From the NCBI GenBank assembly GCA_001772615.1, contig MEUZ01000001.1, positions 120,623 to 184,622 of the forward strand: a stretch of DNA of 64,000 bases, read 5' to 3'. The notes beneath the pieces were generated by a model. It saw only the letters and a list, made by a program, of their open reading frames with translations, searched no databases and was not told the origin of the DNA. The position numbers and the translations under genes are program-made. Origin of the DNA: a candidate division WWE3 bacterium RIFCSPHIGHO2_01_FULL_40_23 (lineage in GTDB: Bacteria; Patescibacteriota; WWE3; UBA101185; 2-01-FULL-41-18). This document shows, in pieces, positions 9,492 to 17,519 of this stretch. Each line of letters starts with the position of its first letter. Position 1 is the stretch's first letter.

Positions 9492-10244
9492 TTAACTTTC
9501 TAAAAGAGCGTAGCCTTTAACCTCAAGCTCTTCTGCAAGATCGTGCCCACCTTCTTTCACAATAACCCCATCCTTCATCACATGCACAAAATCGGGCTTT
9601 ATATACTTCAAAACTCTTGTGTAGTGAGTAATCACCAAAACAGAAAGCCCGGTCTCTTTACGAAGCCTGTTAACACCTTCCGAAACAACCCTCAAAGCGT
9701 CAATGTCCAAACCGCTGTCTGTTTCATCAAGGATTGCAAGCTTGGGTGAGACAACGGCCATCTGCAAAATTTCGCATCTTTTTTTCTCCCCTCCTGAAAA
9801 ACCTTCGTTTAAATATCTTTCGGCAAAGCTTTCGTCAATCTTCAAAAATGCCATTTTTTCTTTTAATACCTTCCGAAAAGCTACGGGGCTTAATCCCTTT
9901 TCATCTCTTGCAGCGGCGAAATTGTTGTAAACAAGCCTTAAAAAGTTGGCTACAGTAATCCCCGAGACCTCGCTCGGATATTGAAACGCAAGAAAAACAC
10001 CTTCCTTTGCTCTTTCAGAAACATCAAGCTTTAACAGGTCTTTCCCGTTAAAAAGAACTTTTCCGCTAAAAACGTCGTATTTCGGGTGCCCCATGATGCT
10101 TTGCGCAAGAGTGCTTTTACCGGAACCGTTTGGCCCCATTAGGGCATGCACCTCACCCTTGCCAATTTTCATACTTAGCCCTTTTAATATTTCTTTATCT
10201 TCAACTTTTACTTTCAGATTTTTTATTTCAAGCATATTGTTCAT
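9492..10244 (-). CDS. sufC: Fe-S cluster assembly ATPase SufC
   Basis: Walker [13 protein letters not shown] signature FSGGEKKR, 250 aa with the SufC-typical [16 protein letters not shown] motif. Confidence 0.85.
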   Translation of the reverse strand: MNNMLEIKNLKVKVEDKEILKGLSMKIGKGEVHALMGPNGSGKSTLAQSIMGHPKYDVFSGKVLFNGKDLLKLDVSERAKEGVFLAFQYPSEVSGITVANFLRLVYNNFAAARDEKGLSPVAFRKVLKEKMAFLKIDESFAERYLNEGFSGGEKKRCEILQMAVVSPKLAILDETDSGLDIDALRVVSEGVNRLRKETGLSVLVITHYTRVLKYIKPDFVHVMKDGVIVKEGGHDLAEELEVKGYALLES

Positions 10245-10270
10245 AATTTCCCATCCTGAACTGACACTAT

Positions 10271-10377
10271 GTCATCCCGGGCCTGCCGGTAGGCAGGCTT
10301 GACCCGGGATCCCATCGGATCTTCTGTAGAGATCCCGCATCGAGCCTGCCCCTGCGAAGGCAGGGGTGCGGGATGAC
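10271..10377. repeat. composite palindromic repeat (MITE/REP-like), copy A: two hairpins with terminal GTCAT...ATGAC
   Basis: gtcatcccgggcctgccggtaggcaggcttgacccgggat - central GGATCTTCTGTAGAGATCC - cccgcatcgagcctgcccctgcgaaggcaggggtgcgggatgac. Homologous copies occur elsewhere in the window. Confidence 0.75.
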
Positions 10378-10387
10378 ACATCAAAGG

Positions 10388-10654
10388 TCAATCAAGCACG
10401 CACTTCTCTTTATCAAAAGGGCAAACATGAGAAATTCGGTAGTACACCTCCTTGCCTGATTTTTCCGATGCAAGGATTCCCGATTTTTCCATTTCCTTAA
10501 GATGATAAGAGATAGTCGGTTGCTTTAGCTTTACAAAACCTACTAGCTGTGAAACGTTCGCTTTGCCGCTTTTAGCAAGAAAAGAGTAAATAAGCATCCT
10601 AGACTGAACGCTTAAAGCTTTAAAACATGTTGTACAATAGCTCTTAACTGACAC
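10388..10654 (-). CDS. ArsR/SmtB-family metal-sensing HTH regulator (likely regulator of the suf operon)
   Basis: 88 aa with an HTH (VSQLVGFVKLKQPTISYHLKEMEKSG) and Cys pairs at both termini. Sits at the head of the minus-strand suf operon. Confidence 0.6.
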   Translation of the reverse strand: MSVKSYCTTCFKALSVQSRMLIYSFLAKSGKANVSQLVGFVKLKQPTISYHLKEMEKSGILASEKSGKEVYYRISHVCPFDKEKCVLD

Positions 10655-10752
10655 GCATAGATAGTAGTCTATACATTAACTTAAGTCAAACAATCACAAG
10701 GTAGTGGCCGGTAACTTGCTGTGAAAAATGGAAATAAAAAACCGGATACGTG

Positions 10753-10998
10753 TTAGATATCCGGATCCCATACTAAAGCCAGATAAACCTCCGTGGCTTT
10801 AGAGTCTTCAATAAAAATCAGAGCCCCTTCAAGTTCTCCTCCCCCTTTCAAAAGCTCAAACCTCTTGTACCCAAGTTTTGAGGTTGATTGCCCATTATAT
10901 TGAACCTCACAACCTTCCTCAAGGGTTATTTTATTACCTGTCCATTCTACCTCAATGGGAGAGATAACCCTGTAAGTCGCGAGGATTTTAAGCTCCAT
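10753..10998 (-). CDS. hypothetical small beta-rich protein
   Basis: ORF only. Confidence 0.3.
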   Translation of the reverse strand: MELKILATYRVISPIEVEWTGNKITLEEGCEVQYNGQSTSKLGYKRFELLKGGGELEGALIFIEDSKATEVYLALVWDPDI

Positions 10999-11080
10999 AT
11001 CTTTCTCCCTTCCGGCATAAGAGTACCAGTATAACGGTTATTTTTCAAAAGCATGACGGGCGTATATACTAGCTAACGTT

Positions 11081-12238
11081 ATGTTTAGCTTTTTTAAGTC
11101 GCACAAGAAAATTTCCATCGCAATCATTGCAGGTATTGGCTTAACGCTTCTTTTTATTTATAGACAAAGCTCAAATGGAGTAAAAATTACGTCAGCCAAA
11201 GCCGAGATTAAAAACATCACAAAGTATGTTAACGCTCCTGGAGAAACAGATGTTTCAGACAAGTACATAAAGTTTTCACAAGTCAAAGCAAACATTGAAA
11301 AAATCAATGTTAGAAACGGAAGCTCTGTAAAGGAGGGTGACATAATAATTACCCTCAACCCCGCGTCATTAAAGGCTTCTTTGGACACAGCGTCATCGGA
11401 TCTTACTTTGGCAAACACAAACCTTGATTCCAATTATTTTGACATCCTTGCGGCAGAGGCCGATGTTAAAGCGAAAAAACTTCTAAGGGATCACGCCCAG
11501 GAAAGATACAACGGAGACAATTCAAGGGACAATAAAGAGGATCTAAGAACTGCCGAAACAAATTACCAGACAGCCGTTGCCGAGTTAAGTGAACTGAAAA
11601 ACACTAAAGAATCATTAAAACAAAAAGCTAATTCGGCTTACTCCTCTTATCTATCAGCAAAACAAAACTTAAATAACACAAACATCACCGCCCCCTCAAG
11701 CGGAGTTTTGGCCCTGGAAGATATCAGAGAGGGGTCCGAAGTTCTTTCGGGAGGTAGGTTATTCTCAATTGTAAACACACAGGCTTTAAACTTTACCGCT
11801 GAAGTTGACGAAACCGAAATCGCCGAAATAAAAATCGGGCAAAGGGCCACGATTCTTCTTGATGGAAGGCCAAATGAAAAGTTTAAAGGGCAGATTTCTG
11901 AAATCGGCGCCAAGACCAAAACAACGGACAGCGGATCAACGGCCGTAAATGTAAAAGTGACTTTTGAAGATACAAACGTTACACCTATAATCGGGCTAAA
12001 TGGCGAAACAGATATAGAAGTCTCTTCAAAAGAGGCGGTGGTTGTGATTCCTTTTGAGTACGTAGAAGAGGATGACGAAGGAAGCTTTGTGTGGGTAAAA
12101 GAGCGAGGAAGGGCTATAAAAAGAAGGGTGGAAACCGGCATTGACTCCGTTGAACTGGTGGAAATACTAAACGGTCTTACCGAGGGCGAGGAGGTAATAA
12201 AAGGTGAGGGCCTGAAGGAAGGAGTGAAAGTAAAGTAG
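11081..12238 (+). CDS. HlyD/MacA-family periplasmic adaptor (membrane fusion protein)
   Basis: N-terminal TM, biotin-lipoyl-like hairpin motifs (KEGDIIITLNP, ITAPSSGVL), a long coiled-coil and a C-terminal beta-barrel. Lies upstream of MacB-like ABC genes. Confidence 0.65.
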   Translation: MFSFFKSHKKISIAIIAGIGLTLLFIYRQSSNGVKITSAKAEIKNITKYVNAPGETDVSDKYIKFSQVKANIEKINVRNGSSVKEGDIIITLNPASLKASLDTASSDLTLANTNLDSNYFDILAAEADVKAKKLLRDHAQERYNGDNSRDNKEDLRTAETNYQTAVAELSELKNTKESLKQKANSAYSSYLSAKQNLNNTNITAPSSGVLALEDIREGSEVLSGGRLFSIVNTQALNFTAEVDETEIAEIKIGQRATILLDGRPNEKFKGQISEIGAKTKTTDSGSTAVNVKVTFEDTNVTPIIGLNGETDIEVSSKEAVVVIPFEYVEEDDEGSFVWVKERGRAIKRRVETGIDSVELVEILNGLTEGEEVIKGEGLKEGVKVK

Positions 12239-12253
12239 ATCTAATACACACGT

Positions 12254-12352
12254 GTCACTCTGGCACGCGAATTGTCACTCTGGCACGCGAATTGTCATTC
12301 TGGTGAAAGCCAGAATCTAGGATTACAGATCCCGCATCAAGTGCGGGATGAC
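12254..12352. repeat. composite palindromic repeat, copy B (includes a 20-nt tandem duplication, gtcactctggcacgcgaatt x2)
   Basis: gtcattctggtgaaagccagaatcta...gatcccgcatcaagtgcgggatgac. Same architecture as copies C and E. Confidence 0.75.
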
Positions 12353-12354
12353 AT

Positions 12355-13051
12355 GGAGATTCATATTCACATGCTAATCAAGTTAAGGGATATCTCAAAA
12401 ATCTACAAAATGGACGGGGTTGAAATTAAGGCCTTAGACAAAGTCTCGCTTGAGATTAAAGACGGGGAATTTGCGGCAATAATCGGGCCTTCGGGGTCGG
12501 GCAAGTCAACATTAATGCATGTAATTGGTTTTTTGGATGCACTCTCATCCGGAAGTTATTTTTTTGAAGATGTTGACGTCAGCGGTTTTTCCGATTCAGA
12601 GCTTGCAAAAATAAGAAACAGAAAAGTTGGTTTTATTTTCCAGTCTTTTAATCTTCTGCCAAAAACCTCTTCACTTGATAATGTGAAACTCCCCGCTCTT
12701 TACAGTAAAAATAAAAACGACACAGAGGAAAGAGCAAAAAAATTACTTGAAAGAGTCGGGCTTAAAGACAGAATGCAGAATAAGCCTTCGCAGTTATCGG
12801 GAGGTCAGCAGCAAAGAGTCGCGATAGCAAGATCTCTTATGAATGATCCTCAAATAATTCTTGCCGACGAACCAACGGGAAACCTTGATTCAAAATCGGG
12901 AGACGAAGTTTTAAAAATTTTAACGCAGTTAAATAAGGAAGGAAAAACGGTAGTCATTGTAACGCACGATCAAAATGTGGCAAACACCGCAAAAAGAAAT
13001 ATTTTTATAAGTGACGGAAAAATCGTAAAAGATACTCTTACTAAAAATTAA
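12355..13051 (+). CDS. ABC transporter ATP-binding protein (MacB/LolD type)
   Basis: Walker A GPSGSGKST, signature LSGGQQQR, Walker B ILADEPT. The track start at 12272 reads through the repeat element, so the ATG at 12355 (MEIHIHMLIKLRD...) is more plausible. Confidence 0.8.
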
Positions 13052-13204
13052 ATCTTTACCTCCATTTTACTTCGTCCCCCGATTTGACCTTCTTAAAAAG
13101 CCTATGTATTCTAAGGAGAGTTAAAGATTTAACCCCGAAGCAAAAGCTTGGCAAGAGCGGGTGGCAAACTTCCATAAATCTATAGGATATAAATTTACTA
13201 CAGG

Positions 13205-14059
13205 GTGTCAGAAATGATTATGATTCAGCTTGACTTTAAACATAAGGTTAAACCTGCAATTAAGCTTAAAAGATCTCTTCCCCAAACGCCTGAACTCTGT
13301 AAATTAAGCGTTTATGCCAACGCCTTAAATTTTCTTGGTTTTAAAGCTAAATTTGGTACCGAGCTTACACCCGAAAGTCTCCTCATAAAAGTCAACAAAG
13401 AAAGAAAATCCAACGGGAGAAAGCCTATAAATCCCTTTAAAAACATTATCCCGACCAGTGACCTGGAGCAATTCTTCAAGCAGTGTAATCTTGGCCTGCA
13501 CAAAGACTTTTCAGGCGCAAAATACATGAACTTTGATCTTTGGAAAAAGCTTGTCAATAATAAATTTTTAATCGCCCCCGACCATCAGGAGCTCTATCTT
13601 GAGCCTCAAATAGAAAAACTTTATAAGCTCCTTCCGCCTAATGTTCTGAAAACCGTCATAAGCGGACAAAACTTCTCATACAAATCTTTTATTGAATTCT
13701 ACGATTTTACTATAAGGTACTACGGGCCTATAGACGAAGGACACGTGGATATTGTCGTTGATCTTTTTAAGGAAAACGGAATAAAATACGTGGTTTTTGC
13801 CAATTTAAACTCTGTAAACAACAAGGAGCATGTAAAAGTGCCCTGGAACCTTTTTTCAAAGTACCTCTCCCTTGACTGGGGAGGTCTTAAAAAGATAAAA
13901 GATACCTCGGTTCTTCCAAGTAAAAAAGAGATGATTAAACTAAGAAAAGAAGGGGAATTAAGCAAAGACGGTTTTGAGTTTTCCTATGGCCTTTTTGAAG
14001 TTTTTTACAAAAAAGAGCAGGAGGAAACTCTTCATAAGATCATAAATGAATTTGTCTGA
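13205..14059 (+). CDS. hypothetical protein inserted between the MacB-type ATPase and permease genes. Possible papain-like/C39-like fold (LCKLSVYANALNFLG ... GHVDIVV), very tentative.
   Basis: ORF with a 14-nt overlap onto the permease gene. No confident motif. Confidence 0.4.
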   Translation: MSEMIMIQLDFKHKVKPAIKLKRSLPQTPELCKLSVYANALNFLGFKAKFGTELTPESLLIKVNKERKSNGRKPINPFKNIIPTSDLEQFFKQCNLGLHKDFSGAKYMNFDLWKKLVNNKFLIAPDHQELYLEPQIEKLYKLLPPNVLKTVISGQNFSYKSFIEFYDFTIRYYGPIDEGHVDIVVDLFKENGIKYVVFANLNSVNNKEHVKVPWNLFSKYLSLDWGGLKKIKDTSVLPSKKEMIKLRKEGELSKDGFEFSYGLFEVFYKKEQEETLHKIINEFV

Positions 14060-15227
14060 AATTTTAAAGATTTCTCTTAAGGCGATCAGGGTAAATAAAG
14101 GAAGATCGGCCCTTACGGTTCTTGGGGTAGTAATCGGCGTGGCGTCGGTGATCCTTCTGGTTTCTCTTGTTTCAGGCCTTGGAAAGACAATAAGAGATCA
14201 GCTGGAAAGCTTCGGCGCCAATCTTTTGGTAATAATTCCGGGAGAGCCGGGCGGCGGAAGAGGCCCCGGCGGAGTAGTTACCAATAAACTTGAATTTAGG
14301 TTTACCTCACTTTTAGAAAACGGGGTGAATGAAATCAGCGAAGTTGTTCCCTCAATCCAGGGGGTAGGTGTAACAAAATATAAAAATAAAGAAACCTCCG
14401 ACACATCTATTTACGGCGTTACGGGAAATTACTTTGATGCTTTAAACATAGAAATAGTTGAGGGGAAAGCTTTTGCCAAAAACGAGCCTGGTAATTTTGT
14501 AGTCATAGGTTTTAAGGTAAAGGAAAAACTCTTTGGGGCCTCAAATCCTCTTGGCAAAGACATAACCATACAAAAAAGAAGGTTTAAAGTACTAGGAGTG
14601 CAGAAAGAAAGGGGAAATATTTTCGGAAGAGATCTTGATAACGTAATTTTAATTCCTCTTGGGCCCGCAAGGTCGCTTTTAGGAGTTGACAGGCCAAACT
14701 GGTTTTTTATAAAAGTTGAAAACGACAAAGATATAAACATTGCAAAAGAAAAGATTGAAAAACTATTGCTTAAGGATTTAGAGAAAGAAGATTTTACCGT
14801 GTCAACACAGGAAGATACCCTAGCTCTTATCGGAAGGATACTTGGAGTTTTATCGGCGGGATTGGGAGGGGTTGCGGCGATTTCTTTAATTGTCGGCGGG
14901 GTTGGAATTATGAATATAATGCTTGTTTCCGTAACGGAAAGGACTCGTGAAATTGGCTTAAGAAAGGCTCTTGGCGCTAGAAGAAGGGACATTCTGCTTC
15001 AATTTCTAACTGAAGCCGTTGTAATTAGTGTTCTTGGCGGACTCGCGGGGGTTATCGCAGGGATTTTACTTTCTCTTGTTGTGGGGAATTTTATAACCAC
15101 GGAAATTAACTTCTTTTATGTTCTCCTTGCTTTTTTCTTTTCAGCTGTGATAGGGATTATATTTGGAATCACCCCTGCAATAAAAGCCTCAAAACTCTCC
15201 CCCATTGAGGCGTTAAGGTATGAGTAA
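14046..15227 (+). CDS. ABC transporter permease, FtsX/MacB-like
   Basis: N-terminal TM, large periplasmic domain, C-terminal 3-TM FtsX fold (GGVGIMNIMLVSVTERTREIGLRKALGA). Confidence 0.8.
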   Translation: MNLSEILKISLKAIRVNKGRSALTVLGVVIGVASVILLVSLVSGLGKTIRDQLESFGANLLVIIPGEPGGGRGPGGVVTNKLEFRFTSLLENGVNEISEVVPSIQGVGVTKYKNKETSDTSIYGVTGNYFDALNIEIVEGKAFAKNEPGNFVVIGFKVKEKLFGASNPLGKDITIQKRRFKVLGVQKERGNIFGRDLDNVILIPLGPARSLLGVDRPNWFFIKVENDKDINIAKEKIEKLLLKDLEKEDFTVSTQEDTLALIGRILGVLSAGLGGVAAISLIVGGVGIMNIMLVSVTERTREIGLRKALGARRRDILLQFLTEAVVISVLGGLAGVIAGILLSLVVGNFITTEINFFYVLLAFFFSAVIGIIFGITPAIKASKLSPIEALRYE

Positions 15228-15316
15228 GTAAGATTGCTTCATAATCCTGATCACCCGTTTTCATAGGGGTGAACTCCAACCAGAATCTACAATATCATTC
15301 AAACAACTGCGCAATT

Positions 15317-15397
15317 GTCATTCTGGCGCAAGCCAGAATCTAAAATTATAGATCCTGAATCAAGCCTGCCCCTGCGAAGGCAGGGGTTCAGGATGAC
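15317..15397. repeat. composite palindromic repeat, copy C
   Basis: gtcattctggcgcaagccagaatcta...gatcctgaatcaagcctgcccctgcgaaggcaggggttcaggatgac. Confidence 0.75.
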
Positions 15398-15530
15398 GAG
15401 GATCAAGCCTGCCCTGAATATCTCAAGTTATTGCGAACCCGAGCCAGTGCCGAGGGTGAAGCAATCTAGAAATAAATAAACCCAAGGAGTTTGGAAACAA
15501 CGCCTTGGGTTTTTGGGTCGGAAAAGGGTC

Positions 15531-15785
15531 TTATACTAGAGGCTGGCCGCGATAGGTGTACTTGCCGGGGCCGGTTTTCACCGCGCCGAGAAGATTCATA
15601 GCCTCATCAAAACCGGAAAGAACCCTCGCCCCCTCATTATACTGAAGGTATCTGGAAGCACCTGAAATGATGAGATCCAAAAGTTCCTGCGGGTCTGAAA
15701 CATCTCCCAGATACTCAGCTGCGGTCAGGTCCCCTCTCGCCCTTTCCATCTCAGAAGCAAAAGATCTTACAACAATGGTTGCCAT
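15531..15785 (-). CDS. hypothetical protein, strongly GC-enriched relative to surroundings
   Basis: ORF in a ~55% GC stretch bounded by repeat copies C and D. Confidence 0.35.
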   Translation of the reverse strand: MATIVVRSFASEMERARGDLTAAEYLGDVSDPQELLDLIISGASRYLQYNEGARVLSGFDEAMNLLGAVKTGPGKYTYRGQPLV

Positions 15786-15888
15786 GTGTCTTTATCCCTT
15801 CTTTTTTAGAGTTATCTTATAGTATAACAAGATGCGTGGAAGTTTTCAAAAGGTGTATACTATAGGAAACGGGAGAAAGGAGGTAAGG

Positions 15889-16077
15889 ATGAACGGGTAT
15901 GTATTGATTTTCTGGGAGGGGAGATGGAGGATAGTGGATGCTGACACCAAGCGTGAACACCCGTCTTCCATAATGCGAAACGGCTTCGCTTCCAAAGATG
16001 AGGCGAAGAGCTTCGCAAATACGTTTGGCATACCGATCGTTGATTTCGAAAAGAACTTAGTCCAATCACATCAATAA
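15889..16077 (+). CDS. hypothetical small protein (start chosen at MNGYVL with a GGAGG Shine-Dalgarno)
   Basis: aggaggtaaggATG, followed by a terminator hairpin. Confidence 0.35.
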   Translation: MNGYVLIFWEGRWRIVDADTKREHPSSIMRNGFASKDEAKSFANTFGIPIVDFEKNLVQSHQ

Positions 16078-16089
16078 CGCCCCCATCGC

Positions 16090-16125
16090 AAGGCCTGGCG
16101 TACACTAACCCAGGCCTTTTCCTCT
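16090..16125 (+). terminator. rho-independent terminator (aggcctgg...ccaggcct + TTTCCTCTT)
   Basis: 8-bp GC-rich stem followed by a T-rich tract directly after the 15889..16077 ORF. Confidence 0.45.
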
Positions 16126-16132
16126 TGGTCTT

Positions 16133-16178
16133 GTCATGCCAGAATCTAGAAGAGATCCCGGGTCAAGCCCGGGATGAC
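16133..16178. repeat. composite palindromic repeat, copy D (first hairpin truncated)
   Basis: gtcatgccagaatctagaagagatcccgggtcaagcccgggatgac. Confidence 0.7.
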
Positions 16179-16251
16179 ATGAAGTCAGTTCAGGATGGCT
16201 GTATGAGACCTCGCATTCGCACACCTCACGGCCTTGTTATAAAATATCTCA

Positions 16252-17190
16252 ATGGCAGCGCAAATTATTAACGGGAAAGAAATAGCAGCTCAAATACTTT
16301 CAGAAGTTAAATCCGAAATCCTAAAGAATAAATTGAATTTAAAACTTGCGATAATTCAAATCGGTGAGGACGAGGCAACAAACATCTACATTAAAAATAA
16401 AATAAAGAGAGCTGACGAAGTTGGAATTAAAACCGAACTTCATAAATACCAGAATGACATAACTGAAGAAGAGGTGGGAAATCTCATCCAAAAGCTAAAC
16501 GTAGATTCCTCCGTCACGGGATTTTTCATTCAAACTCCCATTCCCTCCCATCTGGATTTATTAAAGCTCGTTTCAAAAATAGATTCTAAAAAAGACATTG
16601 ATGGCATGAATCCTTATAACCTAGGTGCATTACTGCAAGGCAGAAGCAGTGTTTTAGTATCTGCTACAGCAGAGGCTGTACTTAAAACACTAGAATATGC
16701 CTACGTGTGCCATACCGGACTTGATCCATGTCATTCTGGACCTGATCCAGAATCTATAAGCCTAGATCCCGGCCTTCGCCGGGATGACAAAGTAAAAGAC
16801 ACTGCACAACCCGATATCAGTAACCCATTAATGGGAAAACACGCCGTTATAATCGGAAGGTCTTTAATTCTTGGAAAACCTCTTTCAGCCCTTTTACTAA
16901 ATAAGGACTGTACTGTAACTTTATGTCACAGCAAAACAAAAAATCTAAAAGAAATTTGTAAACAAGCTGACATTCTCGTAACGGGAACTGGGCTTAGTGA
17001 CTTTATGAAGAAAGACTTTGTTAAAGAAGGGGTTTTTGTTATTGACTGTGGCTCGCCAAAAGCCGAAGTTGATTTTAATAATGTTATAATGAGGGCAGGA
17101 TATATAACACCTGTCCCCGGAGGCATTGGCCCAATAACCATAGCCTCTCTATTAAAAAACTGCCTCAAAGCACACAATCTTCAACAATAG
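16252..17190 (+). CDS. folD: bifunctional methylene-THF dehydrogenase/methenyl-THF cyclohydrolase FolD, carrying an in-frame ~38-aa insertion derived from a palindromic repeat
   Basis: FolD motifs (GKHAVIIGRSLILGKPLSALL, TVTLCHSKT, ADILVTGTG, VIDCG, TPVPGGIGPIT). The segment CHTGLDPCHSGPDPESISLDPGLRRDDKVKDT is encoded by repeat copy E. Confidence 0.8.
   Translation: MAAQIINGKEIAAQILSEVKSEILKNKLNLKLAIIQIGEDEATNIYIKNKIKRADEVGIKTELHKYQNDITEEEVGNLIQKLNVDSSVTGFFIQTPIPSHLDLLKLVSKIDSKKDIDGMNPYNLGALLQGRSSVLVSATAEAVLKTLEYAYVCHTGLDPCHSGPDPESISLDPGLRRDDKVKDTAQPDISNPLMGKHAVIIGRSLILGKPLSALLLNKDCTVTLCHSKTKNLKEICKQADILVTGTGLSDFMKKDFVKEGVFVIDCGSPKAEVDFNNVIMRAGYITPVPGGIGPITIASLLKNCLKAHNLQQ
16729..16787. repeat. 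composite palindromic repeat, copy E, located inside the folD reading frame
   Basis: gtcattctggacctgatccagaatctataagcctagatcccggccttcgccgggatgac. Same two-hairpin architecture as the intergenic copies. Confidence 0.75.
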
Positions 17191-17253
17191 AGAATAAGGA
17201 GAGTAAAAGATGTTAGCAGAAGAGAAGGTAACAAAGTAGCTCTCACAGGTGAT

Positions 17254-17472
17254 TTGGACACGGATGTTAAAAAGATCATAGAAGCCCTTGAGAAGGCGGG
17301 TTTTACGGTACACGCCAGAAACACAGCGATGGCTTACCGATTTGAGCTGTATGAAGACGTGGACCACGCAGGAGTTTTCTATTACGACAGAGGGGCAATT
17401 CGATTCTTGGAGGCAGACCAAAGGGAGAAACCCGACTTTAAAGAGAAGGTTCGGGCCGCCCTTTGCGGGTAA
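17254..17472 (+). CDS. hypothetical small protein, GC-enriched
   Basis: ORF followed by a terminator. Confidence 0.35.
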   Translation: MDTDVKKIIEALEKAGFTVHARNTAMAYRFELYEDVDHAGVFYYDRGAIRFLEADQREKPDFKEKVRAALCG

Positions 17473-17480
17473 AGTATTCG

Positions 17481-17519
17481 GGGCAGGTTAGAAACACAAC
17501 CTGCCCGTTTTACCTTTTA
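17481..17519 (+). terminator. rho-independent terminator (gggcagg...cctgccc + GTTTTACCTTTT)
   Basis: Hairpin plus T-tract between the convergent genes 17254..17472 and glyA. Confidence 0.5.

Noticed and set aside
11647-12141. Long antisense ORFs inside well-supported genes (11647..12141, 14429..14992, 32297..32767, 47150..47533, 53832..54146)
   Set aside because: They overlap genes with clear homology-type motifs on the opposite strand, are rich in Ser/Pro/Thr as expected for antisense frames, and have no start signals.
12254-12293. 20-nt perfect tandem duplication (gtcactctggcacgcgaatt x2), considered as a possible CRISPR or short-repeat array
   Set aside because: Only two units, no spacers, and the unit is half of the first hairpin of the palindromic repeat family. 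It is a local duplication within a MITE-like element.
12272-12354. Annotated start of the ABC ATPase ORF at 12272
   Set aside because: The first 28 codons are read through the palindromic repeat element. ABC ATPases begin a few residues before the Walker region, so the ATG at 12355 was chosen.
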